Positions 1-12,900 of a stretch of DNA of 64,000 nt are shown piece after piece. Origin of the DNA: Pecten maximus (taxonomy: Eukaryota); assembly GCF_902652985.1 (NCBI RefSeq), contig NC_047023.1, positions 35,898,001 through 35,962,000 on the forward strand. Reading direction: 5' to 3'. Position 1 is the first letter of the stretch; every line of letters starts with the position of its first letter. The notes beneath the pieces were generated by a model, which saw nothing but the letters and a program-made list of their open reading frames with translations, searched no databases and was not told where the DNA came from. Both the position numbers and the translations under genes were made by a program.

Positions 1-791
1 TTCACCTCGGTTAAATCATGGTCAAGTGAGCTTATATATGTGTCAAGGCATTATGTCCATCTTTAAAACACCAGTTGTCCAGAACCTCTGAACATATTTT
101 GACTTGCTTTGTTCTGAAATTTAGTTGGGCCAATGGGGACACAATGTTCTACAGACAAAGCTTAAAGATATGGAAATAAAGTTACAGAAGCTTGCGGTCC
201 CAATGGGGATTTATAGGGACATTGATCAAATTTGAATTATATGACTATTATAATTTTTTTCATATTAGGCTACCTTGTAAAGATTTGAATACATGACTGT
301 ATTAAATCTTCATATTAGGTGACGTGAACATGTAGCATTTGCTACTGGCAACTACTGATATTTCCAGTTTTCATTCAACCTTTCAAGATAACTACTTAGT
401 ACTTAATCCGACTTTAAATTTTCATTTAGTGTTTTATCTCTTTATGATGTTTATATTTTTGTCTTTTTCCTCTTCCATTTTTCAGCTGCATAGAAATTCT
501 AACTTTCTTCTGATCAGTATGTTGAAAAGGCATTAATTCATTTACCCAGCATGATTGTTCTATTAGTGTCCCATGAATTAAAGTAATAATACCTACCTCT
601 ATTCAAATCCATCAATAGTGAAAATATATATAGGATCTGTAGCAAAAGATAACTGTTACTATAAAGTTGATTTCCATACCAGCAGCTTACCACCAGGAAT
701 GATGGCACATGTTATGGTCCTTTGCTTATTCATGTTAAAATTTGTTTAAACTATTCATCAAAATCTAATTATACATGTCATTGAATTTTAG

Positions 792-987
792 GTGTAAACA
801 GAAATGAAGTGTCTGCCCATGGGATTAACACCCTAGCCACATGGATGTTGGAACATCCACTTGACGTCCAGGAGCCTGAGGAACCAGCCACAAAAGTGGC
901 TCGAGACTCCATATCGGGACAGGAGACAGCCAGTAATATCATCAGTGACTCACAGCCATTAGAAGAGGAAATCAGAGACCCCTACAG
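792..987 (+). CDS. HERC1: HERC1 exon (UBA end, [12 protein letters not shown])
   Basis: ttttag| acceptor, AG|gtatag donor. Confidence 0.8.
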
Positions 988-3900
988 GTATAGACCTTCA
1001 GGATCGTACATATGTGTTCTGTGTCCAGTCTTAGAGCAGTGCTAAGATTGATGCTTTCACTATCTTGTTGAAGGGAAATAATATCAGCCATCATGTAAAG
1101 TCTGTCATTGGCACTGTCTCCGATGCATAAACTTATCATATTTTGAATATATTCTGGAGTTCTGCCAGTGGGGTTCAGTTCAAACTTGCAACTGCTTTGA
1201 ATGATTCTAGGATGATCCTGATAAAGTGATTTGGGTCGTTCAAAATCCAACATGGCCACCATCTTCAAAATCACATTTCTGACTTCTTCTCACATTCTGC
1301 CAGCCTGGGATTCTTTACAAGCAGCACTGCCACAGTCAAGGAACTGTTGAATTTTAGAAGGCTAAATCTTTGATATGGAATATATGTTGAAACATTTATT
1401 TACAAATTTTGGGGCCTAAAATGGTTGATTTTATAAATTGTGGTTTTTTTAAATTATTGAAATTTGATGTCATCAAAAAACATACATTCAGTAAATTTCA
1501 AATGTTTCTTACAAACATAAGTGGGAAGCCATATAGCTTATTCCATACTTAAATGGATATGTCCACATTTGCTTTTAGTATCCCTGGAACATGTCATGGC
1601 AAAATTGAAGGCATTTGATTGGTGTCAGGAATATAAACCTGGCCAATCACTAAGATGTTACATTTTTGTGAAGATCACAGAGGAGCAACAACCAAGTTAG
1701 AAAGCCAGTTAATTTAACAATGTGGTGACCTTGACATTCATTTGATGTATTTCTTTTCAAAGGATCAAACTTAGGTGTTTATTTATCTGCAAGATGGCAG
1801 TGACAGAGTCTTCAATTTTTCCATTACATAGTCGAGGGTTGAAGAGAGCAAAAGTAAACATCTTAACCCCTTGAGCATTATAGTACAGATAGAGGCAAGT
1901 TGAAAAGCACATATGTATGGTTTAATAACACAATAGTTAATACAAGGGCTGATTGATAAGCTGTGAGCCTCGTATTGAAGGAGGTACTCTAGGATGTTCT
2001 TTTTAAGTCCTACTCTTCTCTGACTATATAGGGCCGTGTACCCAAGGACTGGTCTCATTTGGTTAGTTCATATCGACAAGGTACATTTTGTAGCACTCAA
2101 AAGTAAACAAGACAAGCGGCTTTTTGCAAAATGGACAAAATCGGTTAGGGTGAAAGAATCTGTAATTGCCATGACTGCCATTCACGATTGTGGCTTTAAA
2201 TTTATTGAGCATCCACATTATTCGCCTGATCTCGCTCCATCAGACATTCATCTATTTCCAAAACTGAAAACAGCTATTTCAGGCACCCTAACCCTAACCC
2301 TAGCATGCAGTGGATGACTTTCTGAACAGCCAACAAATGGAGTTCTATAAAAGTGGCATTGAGGCCCTTAAACACCGCTGGCAAAAGTGTATAGATACTG
2401 AAGGAGATTATTTTAAGAAATAATACAATATATCTGGCATAATTCAAATCCTTCAATATGAGGCTCAGCCTGGTATCAGTTTTACACATAGTTACTTATG
2501 TAAAGTAACACTCGATCAGAAAGACAATATGTGTGGTTTCAGTATGTTGCTGTCCAGGCGTATATCTTTAGAGGGCTTATTGAACGAATCTAGTGACGAC
2601 TCTACGGAGGAGCCAGATACTCGCCGCTCTCGATATATCAGAAGTCCACGACCAATCTCACGGACACGTCATGTAGATATCAGAAGCTTTCTGTCCAATG
2701 CAGGTACGTCTACAGCTCATTAATACAGTCAAATCTGTGTGATAACGTGACTGACCAAAGTATGTCTGATTAGTCAGGGTGTAGTAAACAGTTTATCAGA
2801 TATCAAAACTAAACCAGATTAAGATGATATTCAGTAGACAAGTATATTTTACCTGTGCAGAAAGGAGATGAGCATGCATTCACAAGTTTGTTGTTAATTT
2901 CATAATCTAATGGTTATCATAGACTACTTCCTTATAAGGAGATATATGAGGGTATCTGTTATGTAAAAAAAAAAAAACTTTTGGGTATAAATCTGATATG
3001 AAGGGTCAGGATGATCTAATAATAGCAATCATGTTTTGTGTGTCATCAAGCTCCGTCGCCATTGCTATGTTTAAAATTTTCGCATTTCAAATTTCTTCTC
3101 ATTGACAAGTCTCACCTGTGGAATTCAAATTTGCATTGAGTGATTCTGAGATGAAGTGTTATTATTTTCGGGTCAGTTTGAAATCCAAAATGCCCAATAT
3201 GGCCTCCATCTTGATCTTTTACTAGATGGTCCTAATAATGTGTTGTTATTTGATTGTGGACAAAAAGTACACAATTTCTACACAATGTTTTTGGTGTGTT
3301 GTGTGGTCCTACAACTGTATTTGAAAGATTGAAAACAGATTTTTGAAATGATCAAAAAAATATATGTTTACAGCTAATGATCGTGAATTAGAGCGTTCAG
3401 AATCTTTACAAATTGGAAACGAGGGAAGCAGAACCTCAGATTTGTACGAGAGAATGTCGGAGAACCACGGACTGAGTGACACGTTTGATGCCCTCTGTAG
3501 TGACATTAGTAATATGACCGATGACCTGTATAATCTGGACAATATCGATGACCTCTTCCCAACACAGTCTGAGTCTACCTGGGATCTCATGAATGCAATA
3601 GTAAGTTGTCTATAGATTTATACTCAGAACATTTTTATTTTCTGAAATATCTATTTACACTGATCTATTAGAAGTCAAGTGTAACAAATGGAGTGTTTAA
3701 TTTGTTTGGTATATATTACTTCACCATTGTTTTCAAAATGCATCTCTATATTGCATCCTATTACAAAATCCAGACTGAGTGTTTTTGGAAGTTATTAATC
3801 ATACCTGGTCCAATATTTGTGCGTATTGAATTAAACGGATAATTGATTATAATGATAGACAGGATATTGTAAGGAATGTGTAAAGTGTAATGCTAAGTAT

Positions 3901-6900
3901 TGCTTTGTTGAAGAAAATTAAAAAAAATTCAAAGAGAAACAAAAAAGAAACAATTATTTAAACATTGATAGCAATACAAAAAATATTTAGTCAAAGTGTA
4001 TTGTGAGCATTGATTGAGACATACACATGTAGCTGTAAGGTGTTGTTTTATATTCATCATTTGAATACTAAATTAATGCAATACCTAGCTGTATGATGCA
4101 GTTGTATAAGTATATCTTTTTCATTATTATACTAAATTCATGTGAAAAGGTGCTGTACTACACTTTTGTGTCTTTTGTACAATACTTTGTAGAAAGTTTG
4201 AACATATTTGTTGTAATCTGTCTTCAAATGTTTCTATAAATAGCCATATGGACAGGTTTGTGTATCTTATCAACATTGTTATGATGGGTAATCCATTCAC
4301 TTACCATTATGGTTTCACATTTACAGAGAATGGAGTTTGAAGCCGACCCTACAGTGGTGTGTGAACTGTGTCAGCAGGAGACCGACAACTTTCAAGGACA
4401 CTTACAGCTGGACCACCCTGGCTGTGGGAGTGAGTTCTCACAACCAATCATAGTCTAGCTAGTACAAACTCTAATTAACACTGAACCAACCATAGTCTAG
4501 CTAGTACAATCCCTACTGAACACTGAACCAACCATAGTCTAGCTAGTACAATCCCTACTGAACACTGAACCAACCATAGTCTAGCTAGTACAAACTCTAC
4601 TTAACACGAAACCAACCATAGTCTAGCTAGTACAAACCCTACTTAACACTGAACCAACCATAGTCTAGCTAGTACAAACTCTACTTAACAACACTGAACC
4701 AACCATAGTCTAGCTAGTACAAACTCTACTTAACACTGAACCAATCATAGTCTAGCTAGTACAAACTCTACTTAACACTGAACCAACCATAGTCTAGCTA
4801 GTACAAACCCTACTTAACACTGAACCAACCATAGTCTAGCTAGTACAAACTCTACTTAACACTGAACCAACCATAGTCTAGCTAGTACAAACCCTACTTA
4901 ACACTGAACCAACCATAGTCTAGCTAGTACAAACTCTACTTAACACGAAACCAACCATAGTCGAGCTAGTACAAACTCTACTTAACACTGAACCAACCAT
5001 AGTCTAGCTAGTACAAACTCTACTTAACACTGAACCAACCATAGTCTAGCTAGTACAAACTCTACTTAACACTGAACCAACCATAGTCTAGCTAGTACAA
5101 ACTCTAATTAACACTGAACCAACCATTGACTAGCTAATACAAACCCTACTTAACACTGAACCAACCATTGACTAGCTAATACAAACCCTACTTAACACTG
5201 AATCAACAATTGTCTAGCTAGTACAAACTCTACTTAACAACACTGAACCAACCATAGTCTAGCTAGTACAAACTCTACTTAACACGAAACCAACCATAGT
5301 CTAGCTAATACAAACTCTACTTAACACTGAACCAACCATAGTCTAGCTAGTACAAACTCTAATTAACACTGAACCAACCATTGACTAGCTAATACAAACC
5401 CTACTTAACACTGAATCAACCATAGTCTAGCTAGTACAAACTCTACTTAACAACACTGAACCAACCATAGTCTAGCTAGTACAAACTCTAATTAACACTG
5501 AACCAACCATAGTCGAGCTAGTACAAACTCTACTTAACACTGAACCAATCATAGTCTAGCTAGTACAAACTCTAATTAACAACACTGAACCAACCATAGT
5601 CTAGCTAGTACAAACCCTACTTAACACTGAACCAACCATAGTCTAGCTAGTACAAACTCTAATTAACACTGAACCAACCAGTCTAGCTTGTACAAACCCT
5701 ACTTAACACTGAACCAACCATAGACTAGCTAGTACAAACTCTACTAAACAACACTGAACCAACCTTAGTCTAGCTAATACAAACTCTACTTAACACTGAA
5801 CCAACCATAGTCTAGCTTGCATACATGCCATACCTCCCGGTGTGAGACAAAATCTCCCTTATTTTCAAGTCATTTATTTCTCCCGGCAGGAGAGCCCAAA
5901 TTCCCGTATTTTGTAATTCCCTCCGGTATTTTTGCCGACGCCATATTTGTTTACAATTCAGTAGTTTTTCTTGCGAGATTTGGCTAAATTTAGCGATCAC
6001 GTGATCCATCTGTTCACTTGATCACTCAATCAAAATGGCGCCTGTTGGACACGGCTTTCACACGAAGCTCAGGCTAGTGTAATGTTTGCGCTAGAATATC
6101 TATCACCATGAAATAAAGGCAAGTCGCTTACAAACAATTTTAACCCTCTTTGCAAACAGACTGGAATCATTGTTTTTTTTTTTTTAGGACCATACTTTGA
6201 TGATGGTAATTGATACAGAGCCTGATCACACACAAAATCACACGTGTTTTTCATACAACATGTGTATCGTTGATCAGTGATAGCAAGCTGAAATCCGATA
6301 TTTTCTTTTAGAAAGCTATCAAAATTAGCACATCTGTTGGTCGTAGTGGTCAATCATGATGTTTACAATGACTGTACCGTCCATGACAGAGGCAATATAC
6401 AAAATCTAGAATTATCGTGATAATATTTACTGCAGTCTCCTAACATGAACATCTTCAGTTCTCATGACTTCTTGTATACATACACTTGCACACTTGGAAT
6501 AATTTTAGATCTAAGTGGTCCAACATAAGGTATCCCACAGGACATTTCATGGTGATATTTTCCAACTGATGTGTTCCCTTAGAGTGGATCAAGCTTTCTA
6601 ATTTTAAGAAAAATCCAAACTGATATATGATTAACTTTCTTGTCTTGATCTTTAGCTACATGTAATTATAATATACCCTTTTCAAATGCTGTAATATATA
6701 ATGTAATATATAATATGAATAAAGCTGTGAAAGTTTTTGTTTTACATAAAAAAATCAAAAAATAATTTCATATCATCTGAATCTAAATGTATACTATTGC
6801 ATTTTTTACCTTATTCAACTTTTTGCTGTTTGCATATACGATATGATTAATATCCGAAATAAATATAAATATTCTTTATCACTTTCAAAAATAATTTATT

Positions 6901-9900
6901 GCTTTAAAGTTGAGTAAAAATGTTGATATTCATGTCGCGTACAAATCTCCCTTATTTTAGGCAAAACTCCCTTAAAATAATCATCAATCTCCCTTATTGG
7001 TCTCCTGAAAGTATGGCATGTATGAGCTTGTACAAACTCTACTTAACAACAATGAACTAACCATAGTCTAGCTAATACAAACTCTACTAAACAACACTGA
7101 ACCAACCATAGTCTAGCTAGTACTAGTACAAACTCTACTTTTAAAACAACACTGAACCAATCATAGTCTAGCTAGACAGACAGACAGACAGACGGACAGA
7201 CTAGCTAGTACAAACTCTACTTAACACTGAACCAACCATAGTCTAGCTAGTACAAACTCTACTTAACAACACTGAACCAACCATAGTCTAGCTAGTACAA
7301 CTGAACCAACCATAGTCTAGCTAGTACAAACTCTACTTAACAACACTAAACCAACCATAGTCTAGCTAGTACAAACTCTAATTAACACTGAACCAACCAT
7401 AGTCTAGCTAGTACAAACTCTACTTAACACTGAACCAACCATAGTCTAGCTAGTACAAACTCTACTTAACACTGAACCAACCATAGTCTAGCTAGTACAA
7501 ACTCTACTTAACACTGAACCAACCATAGTCTAGCTAGTACAAACCCTACTTAACACTGAACCAACCATAGTCTAGCTAGTACAAACTCTGCTTAACACTG
7601 AACCAACCATAGTCTAGCTAGTACAAACTCTACTTAACACTGAACCAACCATAGTCTAGCTAGTACAAACTCTACTTAACACTGAACCAACCATAGTCTA
7701 GCTAGTACAAACTACTTTACAACACTGAACCAACCATAGTCTAGCTAGTACAAACTCTACTTAACAACACTGAACCAACCATAGTCTAGCTAGTACAAAC
7801 TCTACTTAACAACACTGAACCAACCATAGTCTAGCTAGTACAAACTCTACTTAACAACACTGAACCAACCATAGTCTAGCTAGTACAAACCCTACTTAAC
7901 ACTGAACCAACCATAGTCTAGCTAGTACAAACTCTACTTAACAACACTGAACCAACCATAGTCTAGCTAGTACAAACTCTACTTAACAACACTGAACCAA
8001 CCATAGTCTAGCTAGTACAAACTCTACTTAACAACACTGAACCAACCATAGTCTAGCTAGTACAAACTCTACTTAACACTGAACCAACCATAGTCTAGCT
8101 AGTACAAACTCTACTTAACACTGAACCAATCATAGTCTAGCTAGTACAAACTCTACTTAACACTGAACCAACCATAGTCTAGCTAATACAAACCCTACTT
8201 AACAACAATGAACCAACCATAGCCTAGCTAATACAAACCCTACTTAACAACAATGAACCAATCATAGTTTAGCTAGTACAAACTCTACTTAACACTGAAC
8301 TAACCATAGTCTAGCTAGTACAACTGAACCAACCATAGTCTAGCTAGTACAACTGAACCAACCATAGTCTAGCTAGTACAACTGAACCAACCATAGTCTA
8401 GCTAGTACAACTGAACCAACCATAGTCTAGCTAGTACAACTGAACCAACCATAGTCTAGCTAGTACAAACTCTACTTAACAACACTGAACCAACCATAGT
8501 CTAGCTAGTACAAACTCTACTTAACAACACTAAACCAACCATAGTCTAGCTAGTACAACTGAACCAACCATAGTCTAGCTAGTACAAACTCTACTTAACA
8601 ACACTAAACCAACCATAGTCTAGCTAGTACAACTGAACCAACCATAGTCTAGCTAGTACAAACTCTACTTAACAACACTAAACCAACCATAGTCTAGCTA
8701 GTACAAACTTTACTTAACAACACTGAACCAACCATAGACTAGCTAATACAAACCCTACTTAACAACACTAAACCAACCATAGTCTAGCTAGTACAAACTT
8801 TACTTAACAACACTGAACCAACCATAGACTAGCTAATACAAACCCTACTTAACAACACTGAACCAACCATAGTCTAGCTAATACAAACTCTACTTAACAA
8901 CACTGAACCAACCATAGACTAGCTAATACAAACCCTACTTAACAACACTAAACCAACCATAGTCTAGCTAGTACAAACTACTTTACAATACTGTTTCATT
9001 TTCTGTTTATACTTGGTGATAATTGATGACATCATCTCTGTCAGTCTCTGTCTTCCAGTGCCTGTCTGTCCATCTGTCCATTTGTCAATATTTGGTTACA
9101 AGTTCATATCTTAATTTTCAAAAACAAGTACGTGACATTTCATGCAAAATATTTTTTAAGTAAAATCTCTTAAAGGACCAGGCTTGGAGATCATAAAAAA
9201 ATTACATTCAAGTTTTTTCTCAAGCCAATCACATTTGGCGTAACTTTTCATGACTCAGTCAAAACTTAAAACAATTAAAAGAACCTCTTATCATCTTTGT
9301 TCCTGTTGTTTATTTTCAAAGTAGTGTTGAAAAATATTTTCAAATCTTAGGTCTGTATAAAACCTCTAAGCAATTTCCTACTGTGCTAATTGAACTGCCT
9401 TTTCTGTTTTATCAGGGATTTCGTGTAACAATGTATACAGTAATAATGGAGTATATGGCATGTGTCCTTGGCCTGTGGTGTGTGGTACTGGCTATCCCAG
9501 CTATGCCCTGTGTAGGGGCTGTCGGGACAGACATCGGGAGCTTCATGGCCACCGAGGGAGTAATCCTGACCAGGACAGGGCAGACGAGCACGAAGAAAGT
9601 CTAGGCAGCTCCACTCAGAGAGCACCTGATCTCCTGAATACTGTTGACTACACAACCTTGGGTATATAATTATATAAATGCTGGCTATTTCTCATTGGCA
9701 TCAGTAACCTTAATGAGGCTACACATGGTTAGAGTATAGACTGCTTTTCACATACTTTCACATATTTCTATACCAGTACTGTGGGTGCCATTTAAGGCAT
9801 TCATATCTTATTACACATCGAAAGAAAAAAATCAATAACAGTCTGCTAAAAACAATTCCTTATAAGACCCAAAAGCTACCTATCAAATAGAGGCAGAGCA

Positions 9901-12900
9901 AGATAGAATTTTTTTTGGAAATCAATTTACTAAAGTCTGACACTTTAAATTTGATGATTGTTATGCCTGAACTCTTTTAAGTAAAATATACACCATGATT
10001 GTACATATATCAACACCCCCTCCCTCTCTTCCTTCAACAAACCAGGTAGGTAAATTGGATCAATAAGACTGAGCAGATAGGTATATTGGGTCAGTAAGAC
10101 TGTGGATTGTCTCTCTGTAATACTATTATATCCAGTATAATCAATCTAAAACATCCAAACCGAGTGATAACAACTTGTTCTGGTCAATAGAACAAGAGCT
10201 ACAGATGGGATGTCGAGGTGGGACCCTTATAGATGAGACGGACAACCTCCTCCCTAAGCTTGGCATCACGGACTGGAAACCATGCCCAGACCCCCTCAAA
10301 TTCACGGAGATGGATCCCCTAGGATCCAAGCTGGTTCAGGCTGCAGCCAACACTGGTGCCTCTGTGTGTATGTAGAAATTTGATAGCAAGCTTTAAGTGT
10401 ATTTATTTTGTGAGACTAGTCGGTAACCTTAAAGTAATGTCAAGTAACTTTTTGTGATAAAACTTTGATGGTAGGAGACTTTTTGTTTAGTTATATAGTA
10501 TAGCTAAGCATGGAAGCTGCGCGAGAGAACTAGGTTGAGCTTTTCTGATAATTCTGATTATGATAAAAGATTTTGGAAGTGACTGAGTGAGAAATATTTT
10601 GGTGTAGCATTACTAACAGTAAGTCAGTTACCTCCACAATGTAAGTTTATATTTGTCTGTAACAGGGAGCCTGCCTCGGGCATCTCGTCCCGACAGTAAA
10701 TACCGCACCTTAGGGGAGCAGGCTACTAACCTAAAGACCCCCCGTGACCGACACATCGCTCTCCAGAGGATAACCTCAACCATGCAAGTGATGCTGGCAC
10801 GCAGTATTGTGATGAAAGCTTTGTCTGTCCTGGCTAGTAGGTAAGTAATACTGACACGCAGTATTGTAATGAAAGCTCTATCTGTCCTGGCCAGTATGTG
10901 AGTGATGCTGACACGCAGTATTGTAATGAAAGCTCTATCTGTCCTGGCCAGTAGGTGAGTGATGCTGACACGCAGTATTGTAATGAAAGCTCTGTCTGTC
11001 CTGGCTAGTAGGTAAGTAATACTGACACGCAGTATTGTAATGAAAGCTCTATCTGTCCTGGCCAGTATGTGAGTGATGCTGACACGCAGTATTGTAATGA
11101 AAGCTCTATCTGTCCTGGCCAGTAGGTGAGTGATGCTGACACGCAGTATTGTAATGAAAGCTCTGTCTGTCCTGGCTAGTAGGTAAGTGATACTGACACG
11201 CAGTATTGTGATGAAAACTCTGTCTGTCCCGGCCAGTAGGTGAGTTACATGAAGTTTAAAGTAGGATCTACAACCATATTCACATACAGCCACATTTTCT
11301 TTGATAGGATCCTTGGTCTTTAACACTTTTGAATCAAATGTTGTTGAAGAAAAGAGTGTAGCTCTCCTTGAGGCTCATAATGGGAAGATTAGATATTATC
11401 CTCTTATTATCCTCTTATAACAAATCATAGAAGCCCAGTCATCTTGACTATTTGTGTCAGCTCTAAAGATGTGGTTTCTTTCAATGTTAATTCTCCATAG
11501 GGGTCGGCTTAAAGAATTTTTTTCTCTAAGAGACCATTTTTCTGATATTTGTTACAGTGACTCCTCCTGTAGTTTACCGGCAGCTCTGGAGTACATCGGT
11601 CTGTCTGATATCATGGTGATTGTACAGCTGATGTGTCTGTGTGCGTCGGGTAAAATCAGTAGTCTTCAGTCAAACAGGACACAGGACAGCTTACAACACC
11701 TTACCAAAGCACTTGGCTCTCTGGTCCAAGACAATCAAGTCTCCATGAAACAGCTAGTCCGATTGTGTACCCAGGTGAGAAAAGTGTAGTTACTGTTTAG
11801 TATTAAGCTTCAAAATTGTATAAACATTATTGGAGTTAACCAAGCAGATTTAAATCAAAGAACCATCATATTATTGTAAAGTATCTATTCACGTACATGT
11901 ATAAATTGGCTGGTTATATGCTGAATGAAACAGAGTTTATCATATGACTACCGTTATATACGGTGTCATAAACCCATCACATAAATTTTCTTTATGACAC
12001 TAGTGTAATAACACCTTTCGCTACGCTGATTGGCTGGTTCCGTGAGAACTGTATTCATACGCGTGGGAACGACCTACTTCTTTTTACTACGACTCGTAAA
12101 AATGGCGACTAGTGCTTGTAAACTTTGAAAAAAAATCAACTGAACGACAAATTGGTCTATTAACATAACATATTGTACAATCAAAGATAAATCCAAGATG
12201 TAAACATCCTAAGTTTTTTAATTATATTTATACTATAAGATGTTAAATTAGGCCTGGCAAACATCTATTTTATGACCCCTAGTAACATATTTCAACTCCG
12301 ATAGAAAATTGCGGTTGCGTTGTCCGATGAGACATATCTAGTCTAGATTCTTTTCAAATAAACAAATAATAACATTATTTAATAAAATCCTCATGAAAAA
12401 CGGCAATGTAGAATCTAGTTTGTTACAACTTGCCTTCAACGGTTACTCAGAATAACATGCTGACACTGTCGTCGACAAACACGTGTAATGTCAAAACAAA
12501 CAACACTGCCAACAAATCGGCATCCAAAGTCGCTTTTCACGGCAGTCTGAACACGATGTTCAGTGGGAATATTCACGGTGGAACATTTCACATCTCCATA
12601 AACACCCGCGAGGACGAGGATAAACACAAAGCAGTGAAAAGGCGCCGTACAATGGTTCTGTACGACAGCGACAGCGAATAGACATTTGTACAACGAAGCC
12701 TCCATTATCGCGCCAAGTGACGTCACGGCTTCGTCACATCAAAAACAGTCGCTCATGAACTTTCAAACTAAAATATTTTCCTCATTGTTTCAAACACCAA
12801 GGACAATTTATCTATTATAGATTAAATGAAAAAAATGCTGAAATTTTGTTTTGAGACGTGTATTTAATAAAATGAATCCTTTTCAAGAGTCAGTTGTGTT

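Noticed and set aside
4441-8985. CRISPR-like appearance of regularly spaced repeats
   Set aside because: Units are head-to-tail with no unique spacers, there are no cas genes, and the context is a eukaryotic intron.
10628-11326. 232-aa minus-strand ORF with 19-aa repeats
   Set aside because: Antisense reading of the 57-bp donor array and the HERC1 exon; no independent gene evidence.
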